Assembly (NCBI RefSeq): GCF_000015945.1
Contig: NC_009033.1
Span: 1,020,001-1,052,000, forward strand
Origin: Staphylothermus marinus F1
Lineage (GTDB): Archaea > Thermoproteota > Thermoprotei_A > Sulfolobales > Desulfurococcaceae
DNA length: 32,000 bases
Direction: 5' to 3'
The translations under genes and the position numbers were made by a program. The notes beneath the pieces are model-generated. The model saw nothing but the letters and a program-made list of their open reading frames with translations. It was not told where the DNA came from and made no database searches. Shown one piece after another: positions 25,304-32,000 of this stretch; within the stretch, counting starts at the first letter, position 1, and the number at the start of each line of letters is the position of its first letter.

Positions 25304-25477
25304 ATTACTACACCATTATACCAATATTTCATGAATACCGTGATAATTGGTAAATACATGTTGATGGCTTAATATATTATAGCATCAACCATAATTAAAC
25401 AATACAGAATCCAGGATTTGAATTTGTAATACTCTATAGTTGGTGATTGGGGCCTAGGTGAGAGGGGATATTATAGT

Positions 25478-25825
25478 TTGAGAAAAAACGTTTTGAAAGA
25501 TCTAGCCATTCAGAGAATAAGGTATTTGTATAAATTAGCGCTTGACAGGACTCGTAGTGGTGATTATGATTTAGCCCGCAGATATATAGAGTTAATCATT
25601 AAATATGCTCACAAAGCAAGAGTAAAACCCCCAAAATATATTAGGAGGGGTTATTGTAGAAAATGTAGGATACCATTAATACCTGGCTTAACAGCTAGGG
25701 TTAGAATTCAGAGTGAAGGTAAGGGTTCAAGGGTTGTTGTAACATGTCTCCTCTGCGGCTGGAGAAGAAGATATATGATAAAGACATCTGGAGAAAAATC
25801 AAGGATAGAAAAGCTGGAAAAGTAG
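25478..25825 (+). CDS. rnp4: RNase P protein component 4 (Rpp21/Rpr2 family)
   Basis: Helical N-part QRIRYLYKLA...ARRYIELIIKYAHKARVK, then the zinc ribbon CRKCRIPLIPG...[12 protein letters not shown] start. Confidence 0.88.
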   Translation: MRKNVLKDLAIQRIRYLYKLALDRTRSGDYDLARRYIELIIKYAHKARVKPPKYIRRGYCRKCRIPLIPGLTARVRIQSEGKGSRVVVTCLLCGWRRRYMIKTSGEKSRIEKLEK

Positions 25826-26112
25826 ATGTACAACTAGGTAAGAAAGGATTGACACAAGGTTTTATAAACGAAGTTAAAGCAAGGCTTGAAAAACACGGCG
25901 TAGTTAAGATAAGGATGTTAAAATCATATGTTAAATCAACAAATACTGATAGAAGAGAAACAGCTAAGATAATAGCTAAGGTCTTAGGGGCAAAACTTAT
26001 AGAAGTTCGAGGATATACCTTCATAATCGCTAGAAATAAAGATAAATATAGGAGTTTAAAGATTGTAGGAGAGAAAGAGAATAGTAGGGATAGAAAATGG
26101 TTACAGCATTAG
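25744..26112 (+). CDS. YhbY-like CRM-domain RNA-binding protein
   Basis: [33 protein letters not shown]...RGYTFIIAR parallels E. coli YhbY (VVLLGSNGLTEGVLAEIEQALEHHELIKVKI...). The only canonical start gives an 82-nt overlap with rnp4. Confidence 0.8.
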   Translation: MSPLRLEKKIYDKDIWRKIKDRKAGKVDVQLGKKGLTQGFINEVKARLEKHGVVKIRMLKSYVKSTNTDRRETAKIIAKVLGAKLIEVRGYTFIIARNKDKYRSLKIVGEKENSRDRKWLQH

Positions 26113-26594
26113 AGGTGCCAGCTGACAAATTAATCGCGAGATTAGCCACGTATTTAAAGGAAAATGTGCCAGAAGTTAAACCACTTCCATGGGCATATTT
26201 CGTTAAAACAGGTGCACATAAAGAGAGGCCACCCCAGGATCCAGACTGGTGGTATTATAGAGCAGCTAGTATTCTGAGAAAACTATACAAATCCGGTGAA
26301 CCAATCGGTATTGAAACTTTTAGAACAATTTATGGTGGAAGGAAAAACTATGGATCAGCCCCTGAGCACTTTGTAAAAAGTGGTGGAAGCATTATTAGGA
26401 GGATTCTTCAACAACTAGAGCAAGCTAGACTTGTTAGAAAAATAAGGGGCAGAGGCCGCATATTAACTCCTCAAGGACGAGCCCTACTTGATCGATTGGC
26501 ATATGAGGTAATGCTTGATCTAGTAAGAGAGCAACCTGAGCTGGCAAAGTATTTGCCTCCGAGTGTTAGGTCTAAAATATACTTTAAGAAATAA
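26097..26594 (+). CDS. rps19e: 30S ribosomal protein S19e (eS19)
   Basis: [16 protein letters not shown]...[29 protein letters not shown] is the eS19 signature. Confidence 0.92.
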   Translation: MVTALEVPADKLIARLATYLKENVPEVKPLPWAYFVKTGAHKERPPQDPDWWYYRAASILRKLYKSGEPIGIETFRTIYGGRKNYGSAPEHFVKSGGSIIRRILQQLEQARLVRKIRGRGRILTPQGRALLDRLAYEVMLDLVREQPELAKYLPPSVRSKIYFKK

Positions 26595-26599
26595 TATTT

Positions 26600-26938
26600 T
26601 TGGTGATAAAAGTGAGTGAATCCTACGATGCTGAACTGGAGGAAATTAAAAAACGTAAACTACTAGAATTGCAGAGAAAGATGGAGGAAGAGAAACAGAG
26701 GAGAATGCAAATAGAAGCTATACTTAGAAGAATTCTCACACCAGAAGCTAGAAGTAGGCTTGCTAATCTAAGACTTGTCAAACCAGAATTAGCAAATATT
26801 GTGGAACAACAACTTATCACACTTGCGCAGTCAGGAAGAGTTCCTGTCCCGATCACAGATAATTTTCTGAAGAAACTCCTTGCACAAATATATGAGCAAA
26901 CACATCGTGAAACACATATACGTATTTTGAGGAAATAA
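26600..26938 (+). CDS. PDCD5/TFAR19-like double-stranded DNA-binding protein
   Basis: [36 protein letters not shown] matches the conserved archaeal PDCD5-homolog core. GTG start. Confidence 0.85.
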   Translation: MVIKVSESYDAELEEIKKRKLLELQRKMEEEKQRRMQIEAILRRILTPEARSRLANLRLVKPELANIVEQQLITLAQSGRVPVPITDNFLKKLLAQIYEQTHRETHIRILRK

Positions 26939-26955
26939 ATTGGAGGGTTTTAATT

Positions 26956-27111
26956 ATGGCTAGAAATAAACCACTAGCTAGAAAGCTTAGATTAGCAGCA
27001 GCTTATAAAGAGAATAGGCCTGTGCCTATCTGGGTATCTGTAAAAACTAGGTTAAAGGTTAGAAGAGGCTTTAGACTTAGACATTGGCGCAGAACAAAAC
27101 TTAAGGTATAA
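26956..27111 (+). CDS. rpl39e: 50S ribosomal protein L39e (eL39)
   Basis: Not in the ORF track because it is only 51 aa. Translating by hand gives [51 protein letters not shown], ending at TAA 27109-27111. GGAGGG lies at 26942-26947. Confidence 0.9.
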   Translation: MARNKPLARKLRLAAAYKENRPVPIWVSVKTRLKVRRGFRLRHWRRTKLKV

Positions 27112-27152
27112 TAAAATTAATGATTTACCGAGTTAAGAAGAGGTTGATTTAA

Positions 27153-27461
27153 ATGAGTGAGGAAGGAAAAATAACTAGGTCAATACATGTTATTCCTTTA
27201 AAAAGAGTATACTGGGGTAGAAGAACCAATAGAGCAGATAGAGCTGTTCGATTGATAAGAAAATATGTTAGAAGACACTTCAAAGAAGCTGAAAAAATAA
27301 TCATTGATCCGGCTGTCAATGAATATGTATGGAGTAGGAGCAGGGAGAAACCCCCTCGAAGAGTAATTGTTGAGATCAGATTTGATAAGGAAGAAAAAAC
27401 CGCTAAGGTTTTATTAATAAGGTCTTCTAAAGCCAAGATAATGTCAGCAAACAGTAAATAA
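27153..27461 (+). CDS. rpl31e: 50S ribosomal protein L31e (eL31)
   Basis: IPLKRVYWGRRTNRADRAVRLIRKYVRRH...DPAVNEYVWSRSREKPPRRVIV is the eL31 pattern. Confidence 0.92.
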   Translation: MSEEGKITRSIHVIPLKRVYWGRRTNRADRAVRLIRKYVRRHFKEAEKIIIDPAVNEYVWSRSREKPPRRVIVEIRFDKEEKTAKVLLIRSSKAKIMSANSK

Positions 27462-27548
27462 GGCTAATTATATATTTTGCCTTCTAAAAAGAACTAATTA
27501 TTATAGGTATTCAAAATATTTTTACATAGTTATACGGGATGATCATCC

Positions 27549-28232
27549 ATGGAAATTGTTAGACTAAGCTTATTCGGAAATCCAAACATCGGTGTATACG
27601 TGTTCGCAAACAATTCCATTGCTTTAGTTCCTCCAAGCCTATCTAGTGGAGAGAAAAAAGTAATTGCGGAAACACTCGACGTAGAACTTGTAGAGACAAA
27701 AATTGCAAACACAATTCTAAATGGAGTATTAGTTGTCGGAAATGATAACGGTATTATTCTTCCGAGAATAATATTAGATGAGGAACTTGATATTCTAAAT
27801 AACAATTTAAAGAAACATGATCTAAACATATATGTTTCAAGATCTAAAAATACAGCTCTTGGAAACATACTTTTATGCAATAATAAAGCATGTATTGCTG
27901 GCTCCGAGCTTGAACGACAAGAACTGAATAAGATTTCGGAAGCTCTCGGCGTCGAAGCACTATATAAGGATATAATGAATTTAACAATTCCCGGTAGTTT
28001 AGCTGTTGTAACCGATAAGGGAGGAGTAATACATCCAGATATTTCCGATGATGAAAATAGAGAATTAAAAGAAATATTTAAAGTAGCCTTCGAACGTGCT
28101 ACTGTTAATTCGGGGATACCCTTTATTAAGAGTGGTTTAATAGCTAATAATAAAGGCATAATTGTAGGTGAATATACGACAGGCCCCGAAATACTCCGAA
28201 TAAGAAGGGGATTAAGTGGAGGTGCTATATAG
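27549..28232 (+). CDS. eif6: translation initiation factor 6 (aIF6/eIF6)
   Basis: Carries FGNPNIGVYVFANNSIALVP and repeated pentein-fold segments, at 227 aa. Confidence 0.92.
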   Translation: MEIVRLSLFGNPNIGVYVFANNSIALVPPSLSSGEKKVIAETLDVELVETKIANTILNGVLVVGNDNGIILPRIILDEELDILNNNLKKHDLNIYVSRSKNTALGNILLCNNKACIAGSELERQELNKISEALGVEALYKDIMNLTIPGSLAVVTDKGGVIHPDISDDENRELKEIFKVAFERATVNSGIPFIKSGLIANNKGIIVGEYTTGPEILRIRRGLSGGAI

Positions 28233-28234
28233 GA

Positions 28235-28498
28235 ATGAGCGAAATAAAGATCTATAGAGTAGAAGGTGTAATGTTACTTAGCCATGATAGGTTCCCAGTA
28301 TGGCAGAAGTTTACTAAGGAAGTGCGGGCACTAAATAAAGAACAAGCTATTGAATATGTCTACTCGGTTCTAGGAAGTAATCATAAGCTTAGAAGAAAAC
28401 ATATTAGGATAACAAAAATTGAAGAGATAACATTGAGTGAAGTAAGGGATCGTAGAATAGTTGCCTTAGCAAGACTCGAGAGGTTTGTTAAGTTATGA
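28235..28498 (+). CDS. rplX: 50S ribosomal protein LX (L18Ae/eL20 family)
   Basis: IYRVEGVML...FTKEVRALNKEQAIEYVYSVLGSNHKLRRKHIRI, its size, and the conserved position between aIF6 and prefoldin alpha. Confidence 0.85.
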   Translation: MSEIKIYRVEGVMLLSHDRFPVWQKFTKEVRALNKEQAIEYVYSVLGSNHKLRRKHIRITKIEEITLSEVRDRRIVALARLERFVKL

Positions 28499-28974
28499 GC
28501 AAAAATATACGTGAAAAAAGAACTGCTGTGACACTTACAGAATTAATAGCCAGAGCAAATGAGCTCCGAGAATACTTAAATATTTTACAGGCACAAATAG
28601 AGACATATACTTCGCAATTATCAGAGTTGCAACTAGTCAAGAATACACTTGAAGAACTACCTATTAATACATTTGATGGCTTAGTAGTTCTTGACAGATT
28701 AAACACAGCATTTATACCTATAAGAATCAGTGAAAATTGGCATAACAATGTAATTGTAAATATTGGACGCAACTATTATGTGAAGACAAATAAGGAAAAA
28801 GCTTCAAAGATAGTTATTGATAGAATATCCGTTATCAGAAGAATACTCAATGATCTTAGGAAGCAATACCAAGCTGCACTAATGGAGTATAATACTATAC
28901 AGCAAATACTTGCAAAAATATATGTTCAATCACAACAATCACAACAAGCACCGCAACAAACAGGCGCTAGCTGA
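28495..28974 (+). CDS. pfdA: prefoldin alpha subunit
   Basis: Coiled coil, beta-hairpin region and coiled coil layout (LVVLDRLNTAFIPI...NVIVNIGRNYYV), plus the conserved aIF6-LX-pfdA-ftsY synteny. Confidence 0.85.
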   Translation: MSKNIREKRTAVTLTELIARANELREYLNILQAQIETYTSQLSELQLVKNTLEELPINTFDGLVVLDRLNTAFIPIRISENWHNNVIVNIGRNYYVKTNKEKASKIVIDRISVIRRILNDLRKQYQAALMEYNTIQQILAKIYVQSQQSQQAPQQTGAS

Positions 28975-29015
28975 TATCATAATTATTCTAGGTGTTTAAA
29001 CCATAACAAGAAACG

Positions 29016-29912
29016 GTGATATTTTTGTTTCGCAGAATTAAAAGAGTATTTTCAAAATTCATCGATAAAGCATCAGCTCTACTATTTTCTAAAGAACAAC
29101 TAATGGATTTAATAGATGAGTTTAAATTCGAGCTAATATCAAATGATGTAGCATACGATGTAGCAGAGGAAATCACAACTAAACTTGTTGAAGCAGTTGA
29201 GAATAAAATAGTTAGAGATAAAGAATCTTTGATAGAGTTTTTAAAGAAAACTATTAGGTCATATTTTGACTCTGTGGAATTAATCGATATTTTTCATGAA
29301 GCATCTAAGACTAAACCTTACATAATAGTTTTTCTAGGAGTTAATGGTGTTGGTAAAACAACAACGATAGCTAAAACAGCAGTATTGTTTAGAGATAAAG
29401 GATTTAAACCATTAATGGTTGCTGCTGATACTTTTCGAGCAGGAGCGCAGGAACAATTAAGGATTCATGGAGAGAGAACTGGTATACCAGTATTTATGGG
29501 TAAATATGGAGCCGATCCAGCTTCTATAGCGTTCGACGCCATTAGACATGCAGAAACTCGCGGTTATGATGTAGTATTAATTGATACTGCTGGTAGAATG
29601 CATACAGACTCTAACTTAGTTGATGAACTTAGAAAAATTATTAGGGTTGCAAAGCCTCATAGAAAAATCCTTGTAGTCGATGCTCTCACAGGTAATGATG
29701 CTATTGAGCAAGCTGTATTTTTTGATAAAGCAGTAGGTGTTGATGCTGTAATAGTGACTAAAGTTGATGCATATGAGCAGGGAGGGGTTCCTCTAAGCAT
29801 AGTATATAGTATTAGGAAACCCATAATCATGATTGGGGTTGGCCAGGGATATAAAGATTTAAAACCCTTTAATATCGATGAATTCCTAGATAAAATATTA
29901 TCCGTTAAATAA
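29016..29912 (+). CDS. ftsY: signal recognition particle receptor FtsY
   Basis: SRP-GTPase NG domain motifs are present: GVNGVGKTTTIAKTA, DTAGR and TKVDA. GTG start. Confidence 0.93.
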   Translation: MIFLFRRIKRVFSKFIDKASALLFSKEQLMDLIDEFKFELISNDVAYDVAEEITTKLVEAVENKIVRDKESLIEFLKKTIRSYFDSVELIDIFHEASKTKPYIIVFLGVNGVGKTTTIAKTAVLFRDKGFKPLMVAADTFRAGAQEQLRIHGERTGIPVFMGKYGADPASIAFDAIRHAETRGYDVVLIDTAGRMHTDSNLVDELRKIIRVAKPHRKILVVDALTGNDAIEQAVFFDKAVGVDAVIVTKVDAYEQGGVPLSIVYSIRKPIIMIGVGQGYKDLKPFNIDEFLDKILSVK

Positions 29913-29932
29913 GGTTTTGGAGCGGATCATTA

Positions 29933-30121
29933 ATGGGTTTTAGAGAGTTAATAGATTCGTGGCGAAGAATAATACGGTTGGCAACTAAGCCTAATAAAAT
30001 AGAGTATATGACTAGTTTAAAAATAAGCTTGTTAGGATTAACTCTCGTAGGCTCAATAGCTTTCATAGTTAGATTTATATTTATATCATTTATATTTCCA
30101 CAGCAACTATATGGAGGCTAA
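29933..30121 (+). CDS. secE: protein translocase subunit SecE / Sec61-gamma
   Basis: 62 aa with the amphipathic RRIIRLATKPNKIEY followed by a single TM helix. It sits in the conserved position before spt5. Confidence 0.85.
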   Translation: MGFRELIDSWRRIIRLATKPNKIEYMTSLKISLLGLTLVGSIAFIVRFIFISFIFPQQLYGG

Positions 30122-30605
30122 ATCTTTGAGTATTAGGAGAAAGACAAGTTTTTATGCAATAAGAACGACTATGGGACGGGAAATAGACGTTGCTTTAGTT
30201 ATAGAATCTAGAATAATGGATCTAGTAAAGCAGAACAGAGATCCAGGCGTAAAAGCAGTATTTGTTCCTCCAGGTGTTAGAGGATATGTTTTTCTCGAAA
30301 CATCAAGATTAGCATCGATTTATAGGTTGATAAGTGAATTAAAATATGTTAAATCAGGTCAACCAATCAAAGTTTCTCTAGACGAAGTAGGAAGACTTGT
30401 TAAGCCTAAACCTGTTATCGAAATGATTAAAGAGGGAGACATAGTAGAAATTGTGAGAGGCCCGTTTAGAGGAATGAAAGCACAAGTTATTAGTATAGAT
30501 AGGAATAAAAACATGGTTGTCCTGAGTATATTAGAGGCTGCTTTCAATGTCCCTATAACTGTTCCAGGTGATTATGTAAAACCCAGTAGGAAGAGCGGTG
30601 TCTAG
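30111..30605 (+). CDS. spt5: transcription elongation factor Spt5 (NusG)
   Basis: NGN domain [15 protein letters not shown] and KOW motif [22 protein letters not shown]. Confidence 0.92.
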   Translation: MEAKSLSIRRKTSFYAIRTTMGREIDVALVIESRIMDLVKQNRDPGVKAVFVPPGVRGYVFLETSRLASIYRLISELKYVKSGQPIKVSLDEVGRLVKPKPVIEMIKEGDIVEIVRGPFRGMKAQVISIDRNKNMVVLSILEAAFNVPITVPGDYVKPSRKSGV

Positions 30606-30607
30606 AT

Positions 30608-31138
30608 ATGGGTAAGAAAGTAATAAAAGTAATGGTTGAAGGTGGAAAAGCTAATCCAGGCCCACCTCTAGGCCCTACACTTTCACCGTTAAGAGTTAAT
30701 GTTATGGAAGTAGTTAAAGCAATTAATGAAGCAACTAAGGATTTTGAAGGATTAACTGTTCCAGTTGAGATCATAGTTGATACATCTACTAGAAAATTCG
30801 AAGTAAAAGTTGGTATTCCAACAACAACAGCCTTGCTCCTTAAAGAAGTTGGTGTGAAACAACCACCTGGCGATCCTGCTCATCAGAAAATAGGGGATCT
30901 ACCTATTGATAAAATCATAAAAATAGCTATATTAAAGAAAGAACAATTAACGGCTAAAACGTTAAAAGCAGCGGTAAAGACTATTTTAGGTACTGCTAGA
31001 AGTATAGGAATAACAGTAGACGGGAAAGATCCTAAGATTGTCCAGAAAGAAATAGATGAAGGATTATATGATGCTACGATAGCTAAATATGAACCTGAAT
31101 GGGAGAAAGAGGAGGAACAAGAGACTGGCGAGGTGTGA
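30608..31138 (+). CDS. rpl11: 50S ribosomal protein L11 (uL11)
   Basis: Carries [35 protein letters not shown]. It ends in an acidic tail. Confidence 0.93.
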   Translation: MGKKVIKVMVEGGKANPGPPLGPTLSPLRVNVMEVVKAINEATKDFEGLTVPVEIIVDTSTRKFEVKVGIPTTTALLLKEVGVKQPPGDPAHQKIGDLPIDKIIKIAILKKEQLTAKTLKAAVKTILGTARSIGITVDGKDPKIVQKEIDEGLYDATIAKYEPEWEKEEEQETGEV

Positions 31139-31145
31139 ATAGGAG

Positions 31146-31793
31146 ATGCCTCTTCCAAGTAAGGAAGAATTAAAGGAAGCTATAGTTAAAGCAGTACAGT
31201 ACAGTCCGAAGAGAAACTTTAAACAAAGTGTAGAATTAATTGTTGTTCTAAAAGATGTTGATCCCCGTAGTCCGGAGGGAAGAATTAGAGAGACGATATT
31301 TTTGCCGAAAGGACTTGGTAAAGATAAAATAATATGTGTTGTTGCCGATGGTGAAATGGCTGAAAAAGCTAGAGCAGGTGGTGCACACAGAGTTATAACA
31401 AGAGACGAGTTGCTCGCATTAAGCAAGAAAGACGCTAAAAAAGTAGCTCAAGAATGTGATTGGGTTCTTGTAAGGACGGATCTAATGGCTAATGCCGGCA
31501 GAATACTGGGACCAGCTCTCGGTCCTCGAGGAAAAATACCTGTCCCAGTTCCTCCCGCCGCAGATATAGTATCGGTAATGAATAGATATAAATCTGCAAT
31601 TTTGCTGAGAAATAAGGATCAGCCACAACTAATGACTAGAATAGGAACAGAGGATATGAATCCCGAGGATTTAGTTATAAACGCACAGACAATATTATCA
31701 CGTCTAGAAACAAAGCTGCCGAATGGAGCACATAATATTGCAAAAATAGTTGTTAAAACCACAATGGGTCCGCCAATAGAGGTTATGGGGTGA
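31146..31793 (+). CDS. rpl1: 50S ribosomal protein L1 (uL1)
   Basis: Carries KRNFKQSVELIVVLKDVDPR...LGPALGPRGKIP. Confidence 0.93.
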   Translation: MPLPSKEELKEAIVKAVQYSPKRNFKQSVELIVVLKDVDPRSPEGRIRETIFLPKGLGKDKIICVVADGEMAEKARAGGAHRVITRDELLALSKKDAKKVAQECDWVLVRTDLMANAGRILGPALGPRGKIPVPVPPAADIVSVMNRYKSAILLRNKDQPQLMTRIGTEDMNPEDLVINAQTILSRLETKLPNGAHNIAKIVVKTTMGPPIEVMG

Positions 31794-31800
31794 TTAAAAC

Positions 31801-32000
31801 ATGTCTGCAACAGCAGTTCCCAAAGCTAAGAGAATTCCTCAGTGGAAAATAGAAGAAGTAGAATATTTAACAACATTGTTTAAATCATACCCAGTATTCG
31901 CAATAGCTGATCTAACAGGTTTTCCGACAAACCAGCTTCAAAAACTAAGGAAGAAATTATCGAAGAAAGTATTATTCAGAGTTTCTAAGAACAAATTAAT
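31801..32000 (+). CDS. rpl10: 50S ribosomal protein L10 / acidic stalk protein P0 (uL10), N-terminal part; continues past the window end
   Basis: IPQWKIEEVEYLTTLFKSYPVFAIADLTGFPTNQLQKLRKKL is a typical archaeal P0 N-terminus. It follows L11-L1 as in the conserved operon. Confidence 0.88.
   Translation, partial: MSATAVPKAKRIPQWKIEEVEYLTTLFKSYPVFAIADLTGFPTNQLQKLRKKLSKKVLFRVSKNKL

Noticed and set aside
27537-27548. Perfect 12-bp palindrome GGATGATCATCC abutting the aIF6 start codon.
   Set aside because: It is too short, with no loop, to form a stable RNA hairpin. The TGATC part is what a Shine-Dalgarno complementary to the 16S 3' end (GAUCACCUCC) would look like. It is most simply an SD plus chance symmetry.
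27530-28159. 209-aa ORF antisense to aIF6. Similar long antisense ORFs occur at 1089..1400, 2959..3312, 4075..4476, 10471..10911, 19637..20122, 25701..26024 and 31064..31426.
   Set aside because: Each lies opposite a strongly motif-supported gene. Each has low-complexity S/L/I-rich composition typical of shadow frames in AT-rich coding DNA, and none has a recognisable motif or start context.
28927-28971. Gln-rich low-complexity tail (QSQQSQQAPQQTGAS) on prefoldin alpha. A comparable acidic tail ([15 protein letters not shown], 31091..31135) sits on L11.
   Set aside because: Both are short, probably disordered termini. They are curious for a thermophile, but I cannot support any functional inference without comparative data.
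31151-31168. 6-bp hairpin (TCTTCC-AAGTAA-GGAAGA) five nt into the L1 coding sequence, considered as an L1 autoregulatory mRNA site like that of Methanococcus.
   Set aside because: It is a plain stem-loop. It lacks the asymmetric internal loop and conserved nucleotides of the 23S-mimic L1 binding site as far as I can recall them. It may simply reflect the codons for LPSKEE.
1-32000. Searched for CRISPR arrays, transposases, integrases, toxin-antitoxin pairs and known defence-system genes.
   Set aside because: I could see no regularly spaced direct repeats. No ORF has integrase, transposase, Cas or nuclease-ATPase defence signatures. Apart from a few small orphan ORFs, gene content is core metabolism and translation, so no mobile or defence island is supported.

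Overview
AT-rich archaeal chromosome segment, roughly one-third GC by eye, with very GC-rich tRNA genes. Leaderless-type TATA spacing, a non-canonical tRNA intron and the gene content point to a hyperthermophilic crenarchaeon. A low-GC Desulfurococcales such as a Staphylothermus-like organism is my inference only. Almost the whole window is coding and falls into five blocks. (1) 1-2131: archease, archaemetzincin, a sugar-phosphate nucleotidyltransferase, tRNA-Phe, tRNA-Gly and a candidate C/D-box sRNA. (2) 2279-15482: an approximately 13 kb same-strand string encoding a GltD/SudA-like NAD(P)H flavoprotein, a HycB-like four-cluster ferredoxin, an FHL-order (Hyc/Hyf-like) group-4 [NiFe]-hydrogenase and an MrpA-less Mrp antiporter module. 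(3) 15506-20145: Zn-ADH, an orphan membrane protein, two tandem ferritin-like genes, SfsA, an intron-containing tRNA-Glu and an MFS transporter. (4) 20191-25303, minus strand: dcd-thyX-nrdG-nrdD, an anaerobic dNTP supply cluster, plus Nep1. (5) 25478-32000, plus strand: a translation and ribosome-biogenesis supercluster of Rpp21, a YhbY-like protein, S19e, a PDCD5-like protein, L39e, L31e, aIF6, LX, prefoldin alpha, FtsY, SecE, Spt5, L11, L1 and the start of P0. I found no CRISPR array, transposase, integrase or recognisable defence genes. The best candidate for something mechanistically new is the hydrogenase-Mrp complex. Its electron-input position, held by formate dehydrogenase or CODH in known relatives, is taken here by a NAD(P)H-type flavoprotein. 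All family calls rest on motifs read by eye and need HMM or BLAST confirmation.
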